The notes under the pieces: model-generated | The model's database searches: none | The model's input: the letters and a program-made list of their open reading frames with translations, nothing else | Told to the model about the DNA's origin: nothing | Program-made: the position numbers and the translations under genes | Part shown: one piece after another, positions 1 to 9,448 of the stretch | Numbering within the stretch: position 1 is the stretch's first letter | Layout of the letters: every line of letters begins with the position of its first letter | Assembly (NCBI GenBank): GCA_018649725.1 | Contig: JABIHH010000052.1 | Location: 37,406-101,405, forward strand | Direction: 5' to 3' | Source of the DNA: Rhodospirillaceae bacterium | Lineage (GTDB): Bacteria > Pseudomonadota > Alphaproteobacteria > Rhodospirillales > UBA2165 | Length of the DNA stretch: 64,000 nt

Positions 1-1314
1 GCCTTGCCCGTTCCACCAAGGTTTATGAACACCGGCCTCTTCCGGCGGCAATACATTGGCTTGCATCATGTGTTTGTTGGGATCGTAACCCGCATTGGTG
101 TACGGCTCATAAACGCCATGGCGGGTCTTGCCTTCATTACCAACCATCAAGCCAAAGATCGCTTTGCGTTCCAACTCGGGCATGCCGGGCAAATCTGCAT
201 AAAACGGCAGTACGAATTCGCCGCTTTCGATGCGTTCGGCCAGATCATGGGTGAGCGTTGGACCCTGGGTCTCATAGGGGTGCGGCGGCGGGCCATGATA
301 GAACATTTTTTGGCCGGGCGCCGTCTTGTATCGACCGGCCACATCTTTAATCTCATTGCCATCGCGGTCAACCCACGGAACCTCTTTGCCATTGGCATCA
401 AGGATCGTACAGGCAAACCACGTATTATGGGCATTACCTGTGCCATAACCAAAATACCTGAAACCACCGACAGTTCGTCCACCGGCTTCCATTTGACCAA
501 ATTCAGCACCGGCGTTATAGGCTATCGCGTTGCCATCACCAACACCGTTGGGATCATCGTGAATTGAGTTTGCACCAACAAGTTCCGTCGAGAACACCCA
601 CAGTCTTGTTGTTGTTCCTGTGCAGACGATGGTCGCCTTGGCTTTAATGACATAGAACTCGCCTGTCCTTAAATGGAATCCGGCCGCACCAATAACCCGG
701 CCGCCAATTTTACCGCCTTCGGTCAGCATGCTTGTGATCATAATTCGGTTTTTGATTTTCACCCCAAGACGATCCATTTCGTCATGCATGGCTTTTTTAA
801 TATAGGCACCCTGCACGCGGACAACGGTTTTGGAATCGTAATCATAGGCAAACATCAGTTTGGTTTCTTCATCACGGAAATCAGCGCCGACGAAATCATC
901 ATTTACGTCACGAATATCGATGCCCCATTCTTCGACATCTTGCAGCGCCTCCCAGCTTTCCATCGCTGTAATATAATGTGATGCGCGGCTACCATATTCA
1001 CTGGTGGCGATGCCTTTGCGGCACTCTTGAAAAGTATCTACCTGATCTTCGGGTGTGATTCCACTCACGGGGTTGGTGCAGGCATTGTGCCAGTGATCAA
1101 CACCCGACCCCCCACTGCCACTGGTCAGCACATTGGCTTTATCAATGACGAGGACATCGGCACCTTTTTTGCGCGCACTAATGGCGGCATGGCAGCCAGC
1201 GGTGCCACCGCCGATGATGAGAACATCTGCCGTGAGTTCGTTGACCTTGTCGTAATCAACCTTATACGGCCATGGCGGCGTATGCTCATTTAGCGGAGCT
1301 TCAAAAATCGACAT
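1..1314 (-). CDS. FAD-dependent oxidoreductase, SdhA/FrdA/AprA-like flavoprotein (C-terminus runs off the left window edge)
   Basis: Minus-strand frame is open from the ATG at 1314-1312 to position 1: I checked that plus frame 1 has no tta/cta/tca codons. It is missing from the ORF track because no stop lies in the window. Translation begins MSIFEAPLNEHTPPWPYKVDYDKVNELTADVLIIGGGTAGCHAAISARKKGADVLVIDKA, a GxGxxG FAD dinucleotide fold. The long antisense plus-strand ORFs 4..567, 673..981 and 1027..1293 are its shadows. Confidence 0.8.
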   Translation of the reverse strand, partial: MSIFEAPLNEHTPPWPYKVDYDKVNELTADVLIIGGGTAGCHAAISARKKGADVLVIDKANVLTSGSGGSGVDHWHNACTNPVSGITPEDQVDTFQECRKGIATSEYGSRASHYITAMESWEALQDVEEWGIDIRDVNDDFVGADFRDEETKLMFAYDYDSKTVVRVQGAYIKKAMHDEMDRLGVKIKNRIMITSMLTEGGKIGGRVIGAAGFHLRTGEFYVIKAKATIVCTGTTTRLWVFSTELVGANSIHDDPNGVGDGNAIAYNAGAEFGQMEAGGRTVGGFRYFGYGTGNAHNTWFACTILDANGKEVPWVDRDGNEIKDVAGRYKTAPGQKMFYHGPPPHPYETQGPTLTHDLAERIESGEFVLPFYADLPGMPELERKAIFGLMVGNEGKTRHGVYEPYTNAGYDPNKHMMQANVLPPEEAGVHKPWWNGQG

Positions 1315-1448
1315 ATAAATTCCCCATTTATCTATTATTATTTTTCTACAATGTGCTTTCGCACCCCCTTATGCCTTGATCATAGTCAAATATCGGAGCG
1401 AGAAGAAGAATTAATTTCCAATTAGAAAGTGCGTGCTAAAGGCGGTTT

Positions 1449-2714
1449 ATGCGTTATGATTTTTTAATGAATAATAAAAATAAACTCAAAGACGGGGGCA
1501 TTGCGAGGGCCTTTTCGAGCCGAAATTTCAGGATTTTCTGGTATGGCCATTTCAGCTTCATCATCGGTGTCTGGGTAAATCGCGTTTCTATTGCCTGGCT
1601 CACCTGGGAACTCACTAATTCAGAGCTCTGGTTGGGCTATATGGGGGCCGCCTCGATGGTGCCGATGCTGTTTTTAGGCCCGCTTTCAGGCGCGACTGCT
1701 GATCGTTATGGGCATCGCAAACAACTACAAATCGCCTCAGCTATGGGCGGCTTGGTTACGCTCATCTTAGCGATCATGGTTTTTACCGATCGAATCACCC
1801 CTGAAGTATTATTGTTCCTCACCTTCCTCGGTGGCGGAACCCGTGCTTTTACGGTCCCGGCCCGCAACGCCATGGTCCATTCTCTGGTCGGCAAAAAGGA
1901 TATTTCAGCTGTCATCGCAGTCAATGCGGCCAGTTATCACAGCGGTAATTTCATCGGCCCGGCGATTGCTGGTGGGGTCTTGGCCGCAGGCGGGGTCTCT
2001 ATTGCCCTATTTGCCTATTCGGCCATCGCCATTGGCGTTGCGCTACTCTACAATTTGCTCGACATCTGTGATGAAGGAAATCAAAAGAAAGACCGCAAAG
2101 CCCTGCTTAGCGAACTCAGTGAAGGCTTTCGCTATGCCTACAATCACGAAGGTATTCGCAATGTGATGATCCTAACCGCCGTCGTTACGCTTTTTCTACA
2201 GCCCTATATGGAAATGATGCCAGCCTTCGCGACAGAAGTGTTTAACCGCGCCGTTGATGGCTTTGCCATATTGCAGGCCTCAGCCGGACTGGGGGCAATG
2301 ATTGGTGGTCTCTGGCTGGCCCAGCGAGGGCGCACCCAGGGCCTTACCCGTATATTATTGATAAGCACTTTTGGTGGTGTCTGCTCCGTCACCGCCTTCA
2401 GTCAGATTGACCATTTTTACTTCGCCATGGCCGCATTATTTTTTGTTGGGATTTCCATTGTTGCCGCAAATATTGGTTCCCTGAGCCTCATCCAAAACTC
2501 GGTTGATGCCAAAGTTCGGGGCCGCGTGATGAGCCTCAATGGTGTTCTGGTGACAGGTGGCCCAGCGCTCGGTGCCATCCTCATTGGAACAGTAGCTGAA
2601 ACCTATGGTGTGCAAACACCCGTTATGGTGAGCGCGCTCATCGGATTTGTTATTTGGCTGGTCATGGTCCGGCCAACGGCTAAGATTACAGCAGAGTTAG
2701 AAAAAACTGATTAG
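1449..2714 (+). CDS. MFS transporter (EntS/MFS_3-like)
   Basis: 421 aa with about 12 predicted hydrophobic helices. The GPLSGATADRYGHRK loop between TM2 and TM3 is typical of MFS proteins. An alternative start lies at 1467. Confidence 0.85.
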   Translation: MRYDFLMNNKNKLKDGGIARAFSSRNFRIFWYGHFSFIIGVWVNRVSIAWLTWELTNSELWLGYMGAASMVPMLFLGPLSGATADRYGHRKQLQIASAMGGLVTLILAIMVFTDRITPEVLLFLTFLGGGTRAFTVPARNAMVHSLVGKKDISAVIAVNAASYHSGNFIGPAIAGGVLAAGGVSIALFAYSAIAIGVALLYNLLDICDEGNQKKDRKALLSELSEGFRYAYNHEGIRNVMILTAVVTLFLQPYMEMMPAFATEVFNRAVDGFAILQASAGLGAMIGGLWLAQRGRTQGLTRILLISTFGGVCSVTAFSQIDHFYFAMAALFFVGISIVAANIGSLSLIQNSVDAKVRGRVMSLNGVLVTGGPALGAILIGTVAETYGVQTPVMVSALIGFVIWLVMVRPTAKITAELEKTD

Positions 2715-2722
2715 GAGGCCTC

Positions 2723-3406
2723 ATGCCAACCGTTCTGATCACGGGCACCAGCCGGGGAATCGGCCTGGAATTCGTCAAGCAATACGCCGCCGAGGGTTGG
2801 AAAGTTATCGCCGTCGCCCGCAATCCAGGCTCAGACGATAGGCTTGGCGAAGTTTCCGGCGAAGTTTCGATCCATCTCCTTGACGTGACCGATGCCGCCG
2901 CTGTCGCATCATTTTCTGAAACGATTAAGGATCAACCGATTGACGTGCTAATCAATAATGCTGGCATAAATGGCAATCGGATGAAAAAGTTTGGTAATAC
3001 CGATTATGAAGCCTGGGAGGATATGCTGCGCGTCAACACCCTCGCCCCGCTCCGCATGACCGAGGCATTGATTAGCAATATCTTACAATCAAATATGAGA
3101 ACTGTCGCTTGCATTTCCAGCGTCATCGGCAGCATTGGTCGTAACTCGACGGGTGGCCGCTATGATTATCGCTCGAGCAAGGCGGCCCTTAATGCCGTTA
3201 TCGCCAGTATGGCACTCGATCTCGCTGAGCAAGACGTGAAAGTTCTGGCCCTGCATCCAGGTTGGGTTCAGACTGAACGCAATGGTCCAGAGGCACCCAT
3301 ACCGCTTGATGTATCGATTGCGGGCATGCGCAAACTCATTGATGATGCAACAGCCGAAACGTCAGGCAAGTATCTAAACTTTAGGGGTGAGGAATATGAC
3401 TGGTAA
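2723..3406 (+). CDS. SDR family short-chain dehydrogenase/reductase
   Basis: N-terminal TGTSRGIG cofactor motif, NNAG, and catalytic YxxxK (YRSSKAAL). AGGAGG RBS lies 5 nt upstream. Confidence 0.9.
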   Translation: MPTVLITGTSRGIGLEFVKQYAAEGWKVIAVARNPGSDDRLGEVSGEVSIHLLDVTDAAAVASFSETIKDQPIDVLINNAGINGNRMKKFGNTDYEAWEDMLRVNTLAPLRMTEALISNILQSNMRTVACISSVIGSIGRNSTGGRYDYRSSKAALNAVIASMALDLAEQDVKVLALHPGWVQTERNGPEAPIPLDVSIAGMRKLIDDATAETSGKYLNFRGEEYDW

Positions 3407-3412
3407 AATCCA

Positions 3413-4240
3413 ATGCTAACCAAACCAATCCCCTCCACTGGTGAAGCGTTACCAGTCATCGGCCTTGGCACCTACCGGGCGTTTAACACCTCGCTCAATC
3501 CGTTTAAGAAAAAGGCTTTGCAAGATGTCGTGAGACTGTTCTTTGAAGCCGGTGGTACCTTGATTGATTCGTCGCCCATGTATGGCAAAGCGGAAGCCGT
3601 CACCGGCGATGTGCTGGCCAGCATCGACGGCCATGGCAAAGCCTTTCTCGCCACCAAAGTTTGGACCGATGGCCGCCAGCGCGGCATCGATGAGATGGAG
3701 GACTCGCTACGCAAAATGCGCTGCACCGAGATTGAGCTTATGCAAGTTCACAACCTTGTCGATACCGATACTCATCTAGCAACTTTGCGAGAATGGCAAG
3801 CTGAGGGGAAGGTGAAATATATCGGCATCACCCACTACACCGAAAGCGCCTTAGGCGAACTTGGCCGCGTGCTCAAAGAAAATCCGGAAATCGCGTTCTG
3901 CCAGTTCCCTTATTCCATCGCCAGACGCGATGCCGAGGATTATTTTTTTGATCTCTGTGCAGACTTGGAAGTCGCAACGCTCATCAACCGACCCTTCGAG
4001 CAGGATGGACTATTCAACCGCATTAAACGTCAAGCTGTTCCAGAATGGGCGGCTGAGTTCGGCTGCTCTAGTTGGGCGCAGTTCTTTTTGAAATATATCT
4101 TTGGTCATGATGCCGCGACCTGCGCCATTCCGGCGACCAGCAACCCAGACCACATGGCGGATAATCTCATCGCCGGCGAGGGCCGCCTCCCGGATGCGGG
4201 TGAGCTCAAAAAAATGGCGGATTATTTTGACAATCTTTAA
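3413..4240 (+). CDS. aldo/keto reductase
   Basis: AKR-like features: GLGTY near the N-terminus, DSSPMYG, HYTE, and C-terminal IPATSNPDHMADN. It starts 6 nt after the SDR stop, so the two are probably co-transcribed. Confidence 0.85.
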   Translation: MLTKPIPSTGEALPVIGLGTYRAFNTSLNPFKKKALQDVVRLFFEAGGTLIDSSPMYGKAEAVTGDVLASIDGHGKAFLATKVWTDGRQRGIDEMEDSLRKMRCTEIELMQVHNLVDTDTHLATLREWQAEGKVKYIGITHYTESALGELGRVLKENPEIAFCQFPYSIARRDAEDYFFDLCADLEVATLINRPFEQDGLFNRIKRQAVPEWAAEFGCSSWAQFFLKYIFGHDAATCAIPATSNPDHMADNLIAGEGRLPDAGELKKMADYFDNL

Positions 4241-5148
4241 GCTGTCAGTTTTTTTTGAAACAACATCCGCGGCCTGATTCCCATCGCCGCCAGAACGCCC
4301 AACACCACAATCACAATACCGAGGCTTTCGATCGTGCCGGGCAACTCACCTAAAATGGGGATACCCATCAGCGTGCCAATGACCGGCACCAGCGAAATGA
4401 AAAGCGCGATCTTGGTTGGGCCCAATATTTGAATGCCACCGGCGAAAAATAAGACGGCGACAATACCGACCAGAAAGCCTTGATAGAATATCTGCAGCGA
4501 CAGTTGTGCCACGCTCGCACTCATGAAAACATTCTCAAAGAAGGTGAAGTAGATCGGTGTAAAGCTGATGATGCTCAGCACAGCAACGACAGCCACGGCC
4601 TGCACAGGGTCGACACCCCACTTGCGCACGGCAACGGTAAAGCACGCCCACAACAAGGCCCCACCTAGAAAGAATAAATCTCCTTTCCAGGCCCCTGGCG
4701 AACTCTCCAAGAAACCGCCCCAGCCCAACATTATCAATCCAACCAAGAGAGCGATGAGACCGCTCGCACGGTAAAAGCTTGGACGCTCGCCTAAAACGAT
4801 CCAACTTAAAATGGCTGTAAACATTGGCATAGTACCGGGGCCGAACACCGCGCCGTGGGCCGCTGGGGCATAGTTAAAACCCGTCATCAAAGCCAGATTG
4901 AATGTCCAACCGGCGCAAATTGTTAAAAAGATCGCTCTCGCCCAACCGAGACCACCTAGCGTTCTAAAATCAAGCTTCAAAACGATTGGCAATAATAAAA
5001 GACCAGAAAGATAGCGAAAAAATGTGAGATCCGCGCCGCTAAATAAGTCACGCACCCCAAACCGCGAAATCACGATAAAACCACCCATAATAAGGGCCGT
5101 CAGGGCGCCGCCGAGCATCGCTTGCTTGGGAGTCATCTTGTTAAACAT
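4237..5148 (-). CDS. DMT superfamily (EamA-like) transporter
   Basis: Ten hydrophobic segments in two EamA-like halves. The first 41 codons of the ORF-track version (to 5271) look non-coding, so I place the start at ATG 5148 (MFNKMTPKQ). Confidence 0.8.
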   Translation of the reverse strand: MFNKMTPKQAMLGGALTALIMGGFIVISRFGVRDLFSGADLTFFRYLSGLLLLPIVLKLDFRTLGGLGWARAIFLTICAGWTFNLALMTGFNYAPAAHGAVFGPGTMPMFTAILSWIVLGERPSFYRASGLIALLVGLIMLGWGGFLESSPGAWKGDLFFLGGALLWACFTVAVRKWGVDPVQAVAVVAVLSIISFTPIYFTFFENVFMSASVAQLSLQIFYQGFLVGIVAVLFFAGGIQILGPTKIALFISLVPVIGTLMGIPILGELPGTIESLGIVIVVLGVLAAMGIRPRMLFQKKLTA

Positions 5149-5269
5149 GAGGCATAACTTCAAAAATAAATAAAAATAGTCATGTGTGACCTGGAGCACT
5201 GCTTTATGCATTTCAATCCGGCATAATGCAAACAAGTGATAGAGAATGACCATTTCATGAGAGAAAGCC

Positions 5270-5518
5270 ATGAATAAACTAGAACGCAGATTTAATCAGA
5301 ACAGACGCGATGCCCTCGAACGTAGAAACGGGAAGGATCGTCGTACCACGAGTGAACGGCTTGCCGATGAACGCCGGGACAACGATCGCCGGGGCACGGA
5401 TCGGCGCAGTACCGAACGCCGCAAACACTGCATGCATTGCGGTATGCCCTATAGATTAGAGATAAAAGCCATCCAAGCCTGCACCTGCCGCGTGACCGCC
5501 CTTCGCGGCACACCATAG
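5270..5518 (+). CDS. small Arg/Asp-rich repeat protein with C-terminal Cys/His cluster (hypothetical)
   Basis: 82 aa. It carries nine [DEN]RR units (ERR, NRR, ERR, DRR, ERR, DRR, DRR, ERR and similar) followed by HCMHCG...CTC. It sits in a 408-bp gap between divergent genes. The low-complexity sequence also leaves the antisense frame open, so coding status is uncertain. Confidence 0.45.
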   Translation: MNKLERRFNQNRRDALERRNGKDRRTTSERLADERRDNDRRGTDRRSTERRKHCMHCGMPYRLEIKAIQACTCRVTALRGTP

Positions 5519-5556
5519 AACTTCCCTACCAACCGCGAATCTGATACCACAGCGCT

Positions 5557-6168
5557 ATGACTACAAACTCCATAGAAGTCGTCTTGTTTGATCTCGGCGG
5601 CGTTGTTGTTCAGTTTCAGGATCCTGGATATTTAGCCCGGGTATTGGACGAGGTTGATGATGCGAGTGCTTTGGCCAAATGGATCGCCTGCCCATCGGTT
5701 CATTCTTATGAAACCGGGAAATGCGATCGACATGATTTTGCCAATGGTATTGTCACGCATTTCGAACTTGAGGCCCATCCAGACGATTTTCTTGCTGATT
5801 TCCTCGCCTATCCTCAGGATGTCTTTCCTGGCAGTGAAGAGATCGTGTCCTCTATCCACTCGGATATTCGGGTTGGCTGCCTGAGCAATACCAGCGAATA
5901 CCATTGGGACAGCCAAAAATCATCTGAGACTATTCAAAAGATGTTCGAGCTGCGTTTTCTATCTTATGAAATGGGGCATCTAAAACCCGATCCGGAAATT
6001 TATCAAACCGTCGCTCGGCAATTGGACTGTCCAGCAAGCGCAATTCTGTTTTTTGATGATCACCCCGATAATGTCGCTGGTGCCAAAGAAGTCGGCTTTG
6101 AGGCCCACCTCACGAAAGGCATAGCGGAAGCGCACACTCACCTGCATCACTATGGGCTCGTTAAATAG
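5557..6168 (+). CDS. HAD-IA family hydrolase (variant 3, phosphatase-like)
   Basis: Motif I VLFDLGGVVV, motif II LSNTS, and C-terminal FFDDHPDNVAGA (motif IV). Confidence 0.85.
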   Translation: MTTNSIEVVLFDLGGVVVQFQDPGYLARVLDEVDDASALAKWIACPSVHSYETGKCDRHDFANGIVTHFELEAHPDDFLADFLAYPQDVFPGSEEIVSSIHSDIRVGCLSNTSEYHWDSQKSSETIQKMFELRFLSYEMGHLKPDPEIYQTVARQLDCPASAILFFDDHPDNVAGAKEVGFEAHLTKGIAEAHTHLHHYGLVK

Positions 6169-7063
6169 CGCGATACCACTCGGCTAAAGCTTCACCGATT
6201 TCATGGGGGCTGTCTTCGTGGACATAATGCAGGCCTTCGACGGTAACTTCCTTCTGGTTTGGGAAGGTTCGGGCATGGTCCAGGATTGCGCCTTTTAGAA
6301 CGGTCTCGGGCTCACAATGAATGAACAGCTTCGGCAGATCACTCGCCGCCATCCAGGCATTATTAGCATCGATCACTTCCAATACATCTGCCGGCTCACC
6401 CTCAACCGGAATTTCTCTCGGCCAGGTTAATGTCGGCCTGCGATCTTCACCGGGATTTTTATAAGGCCGGCGATATTCATCCCAGACGACTTTGGGCAAA
6501 TCTCGGATCACCATGGCGGGGAGAATCTTTTCAACAAAAAAGTTGTCTTGCAGAACCAAATCATCGCCCTCGCCCGAGCGAAATTTGCGCATCAGATCGG
6601 CGACTTCAGGTGTCCAATTCGACCATTGAAAATTCCCCATTACACCTTGGGTGTAAGCAATTGCTTTTATGGCTTCGGGGTGGTTTCTCGCCCAGGTGAG
6701 TCCGGTTTGCATACCCCAGTCATGCATCATCAGGGTGACATTTTTTTCAATGCCCAGCGCTGATATGAAACCATCGATATAGTCCTGGTGCTCGGCCAAG
6801 CGATATGAGCCCTCCCCGCTATCGGGCAGCTTCTCTGAATCGCCTTGGCCAATATTATCGACCGCAATACACCGCGCCTGATCTTCGACATGCGGGATAA
6901 TGTTGCGCCACATGTAAGAGGACGTAATATTGCCATGAAAAAACAAAATCGGATCACGCACATCGCCGGGCCCGCCGGTATCGACAAAGGCCATCGTCTT
7001 CCCTCGGATGGTCACCTTTTGCTTTTCGTATTTCATCTTTGAGTCGATGGTTTTTTTTGGCAT
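6161..7063 (-). CDS. haloalkane dehalogenase (HLD-II, DhaA/LinB-like alpha/beta hydrolase)
   Basis: FFHGNITSSYMWRNIIPHV closely matches the HLD-II HGNPTSSYLWRN signature. Nucleophile elbow is HDWG. Length is about 300 aa, with a C-terminal HYVHEDSP (catalytic His). Its 3' end overlaps the convergent HAD gene by 8 bp. Confidence 0.85.
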   Translation of the reverse strand: MPKKTIDSKMKYEKQKVTIRGKTMAFVDTGGPGDVRDPILFFHGNITSSYMWRNIIPHVEDQARCIAVDNIGQGDSEKLPDSGEGSYRLAEHQDYIDGFISALGIEKNVTLMMHDWGMQTGLTWARNHPEAIKAIAYTQGVMGNFQWSNWTPEVADLMRKFRSGEGDDLVLQDNFFVEKILPAMVIRDLPKVVWDEYRRPYKNPGEDRRPTLTWPREIPVEGEPADVLEVIDANNAWMAASDLPKLFIHCEPETVLKGAILDHARTFPNQKEVTVEGLHYVHEDSPHEIGEALAEWYRAI

Positions 7064-7123
7064 TAAGTTTGTTCAAGCCGAAGCAAAGCTCGACATTTCC
7101 CCGTTCATAAGTAACGTATTCCT

Positions 7124-8485
7124 TTGTTAAGGAATTCTCTCGTGCAAAGTAATCGACTTTTTTCAGCTAATACAAGCCCTAGGGAGCGCCATACCCAAGT
7201 TTTAAAACTGGCAGCCCCGATCATTTTGGCCAATCTTTCGGTGCCACTACTGGGCGCCGTCGATACTGCCGTGATGGGACACCTGCCCCATGCCCATTAT
7301 CTTGGTGCCGTCGCCATTGGCGCGACCATTATGCAATTTATCTACTGGGGATTTGGATTTCTCCGCATGGGCACGACCGGGTTAACCGCTCAGGCTTTTG
7401 GCGCCAATCAGCCAGCAGAAGTTAGAGCAAACTTTCAGCGCGCCGCAATCCTCGGCCTGATCATCGGCCTGCTGCTATGGGCCTTACAATATCCGATCAT
7501 CACGCTGTCGCTGCATCTCTTTGAAGCCAGCGCCACCGTTGAAGAACTCGCCCACGCATATTTTCAAATTCGCATCTGGAGTGCCCCTGCGGTACTCATA
7601 AATTATTGCCTTATTGGCTGGTTCATTGGCATCCATAACACCCGCCTCACTTTCATCCTCCAGGTCTGGATGAATTTGGTCAATATTCTGCTGGATTTGA
7701 TTTTCGTGCTGGGATTTGGCTGGGGTGTCGAGGGTGTTGCGGCAGCAACCGTGATCGCGGAAGTGAGCGCCGCTCTACTGGGGATAATTCTTTACCGGAG
7801 AGAGGTGAGCAGGATTGGTGGCACTCAGGAACCGGTTAAACTCATCGATACGGCGAAACTCAAACGCATGATAGCGATCAATCTTGATATATTTATCCGG
7901 ACGTTTTGTCTCATTTTTGCCTTCGCCTTTTTTACCGCTGAAGCGGCGAAATTTGGTGACGCCACTTTGGCGGCAAATGCTGTGTTGTTGCAGTTTCTGC
8001 ATTTTTTGTCTTTCGGGCTTGATGGCTTTGCCCAGGCCGCAGAGGCTTTGGTCGGTCAGGCCTTGGGGGCCAAAGATCGCCGGATGTTTAAGATTGCTGT
8101 TAGAACCAGCACAATCTGGGCTGTTGGTATATCCGGAGCTTACGCTTTGGTCTATTGGATCACAGGTCCCCTGATCATCGATTTGCTCACTGATATTGAG
8201 AGCGTTCGCCTGGCTGCCAAGGAGGTTGTCATCTGGCTTATCGTGCTTCCAATGATTGCCGTCTGGCCCTATATGCTTGATGGCATATTCATTGGTGCGA
8301 CGCGCTCGGCTGACATGCGCAATGGCATGATGATCTCGCTCGCGATCTTTGTCGCAGCACTCTTTGTTTTTAAAGCTGAATTCGGTTATCACGGCTTATG
8401 GCTGGCGCTTACCATCTTTATGGCCGCGCGCGGCATCACACTGGGATTCGTTTACCCAAAACTGGAAAGAAGTATCGGAAACTAG
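7124..8485 (+). CDS. MATE family efflux transporter (DinF-like)
   Basis: 453 aa with 12 TM segments. ILANLSVPLLGAVDTAVMGHL is typical of the MATE N-terminus. The start is non-ATG (TTG 7124 or GTG 7142), so the exact start is uncertain. Confidence 0.85.
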   Translation: MLRNSLVQSNRLFSANTSPRERHTQVLKLAAPIILANLSVPLLGAVDTAVMGHLPHAHYLGAVAIGATIMQFIYWGFGFLRMGTTGLTAQAFGANQPAEVRANFQRAAILGLIIGLLLWALQYPIITLSLHLFEASATVEELAHAYFQIRIWSAPAVLINYCLIGWFIGIHNTRLTFILQVWMNLVNILLDLIFVLGFGWGVEGVAAATVIAEVSAALLGIILYRREVSRIGGTQEPVKLIDTAKLKRMIAINLDIFIRTFCLIFAFAFFTAEAAKFGDATLAANAVLLQFLHFLSFGLDGFAQAAEALVGQALGAKDRRMFKIAVRTSTIWAVGISGAYALVYWITGPLIIDLLTDIESVRLAAKEVVIWLIVLPMIAVWPYMLDGIFIGATRSADMRNGMMISLAIFVAALFVFKAEFGYHGLWLALTIFMAARGITLGFVYPKLERSIGN

Positions 8486-9234
8486 AAGTGATAGCCGTAG
8501 CGGATACCGACTGATTCCAAGCCTTCATTTGTTGAGCAAAGCTTGGCATTTGAGATGTGATCAAGATGCGCCATGATCGAATGCACGCCGCCAAACCGAT
8601 AACCGATATCGAGCGACTCGCGAAACAGAATGCTACAGCCCAGCGATTTCCGATCAAGCTTGTCGGTCACCTTGTAGCCGTCGTGATAGCCACCACCGAG
8701 TGAGAAATTGGCAAAATAATTACCAAAGAACATCCACTCCCAAGTCAGCCCCAGATAAGCCTGATTGGTATCGCCAGCCGAGTTGTACGAGGCACCGATA
8801 TGAGGGCGCGGTGCCCAGATTTTTTTTAGGATTTCCGGCGAGGTAAATAATATTTCTAAGTTAGCGTCATAACCCGTTTCTTTGCGATGGCTAAATGGCC
8901 CTTCGTCATGAATAAGCGCGCCAATGCGTACCTCTGAAATAATGTTTTGACTACCAGAACGGTCGGCACTATCGAAATGAATGGGTTTTGCTGGCATACG
9001 TCTCGCCGGTGCGGACTGATCCGATTGTGGGTTGGCGGGTGAGCGAACCGTACGGTCGCCTAAATCTGGCCGCGGTGCCGTCTGCATCTTAGCAAAGGGA
9101 TGCGGTTGATTTAAAAAGCGCGACATATCATAGACGCCGCCTGCCGTTCCAGCGGAACCTGCTCCGGCAGAAGACAATAGAGCAATGGCAGCGAAACCTG
9201 CCGTTTTGAGAAACCCTTGAAATACTGACTGCAC
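8482..9234 (-). CDS. acyloxyacyl hydrolase (lipid A 3-O-deacylase PagL-like outer-membrane protein)
   Basis: Signal peptide, then a Pro/Ala-rich low-complexity stretch, then a beta-barrel domain ending HLDHISNAKLCSTNEGLESVGIRYGYHF. That ending has the PagL H-x-S-N catalytic motif and a terminal aromatic residue. GTG start. Confidence 0.7.
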   Translation of the reverse strand: MQSVFQGFLKTAGFAAIALLSSAGAGSAGTAGGVYDMSRFLNQPHPFAKMQTAPRPDLGDRTVRSPANPQSDQSAPARRMPAKPIHFDSADRSGSQNIISEVRIGALIHDEGPFSHRKETGYDANLEILFTSPEILKKIWAPRPHIGASYNSAGDTNQAYLGLTWEWMFFGNYFANFSLGGGYHDGYKVTDKLDRKSLGCSILFRESLDIGYRFGGVHSIMAHLDHISNAKLCSTNEGLESVGIRYGYHF

Positions 9235-9448
9235 GATCTAAATACCCGTCCCTATTCGATACACTTCTTAGAACAGCATAGTTTTTACACTGTCTCACCA
9301 GCTTGTCTAGGGTAACTCCGTCATCGGGAAATAAAAAGCGTAACTGTGAACAAAATTATTAAAGATCCGGCCTTTTCAAATTGTACACCGCCCGCTATTG
9401 ATGAAGATAAGAATTTAATAGGCAACACTCAAAATTTAGGGGACATCA

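Noticed and set aside
4-1293. Plus-strand ORFs 4-567, 673-981 and 1027-1293 from the track
   Set aside because: They are shadows of the uninterrupted minus-strand flavoprotein gene (1-1314), which has a clear FAD-binding N-terminus.
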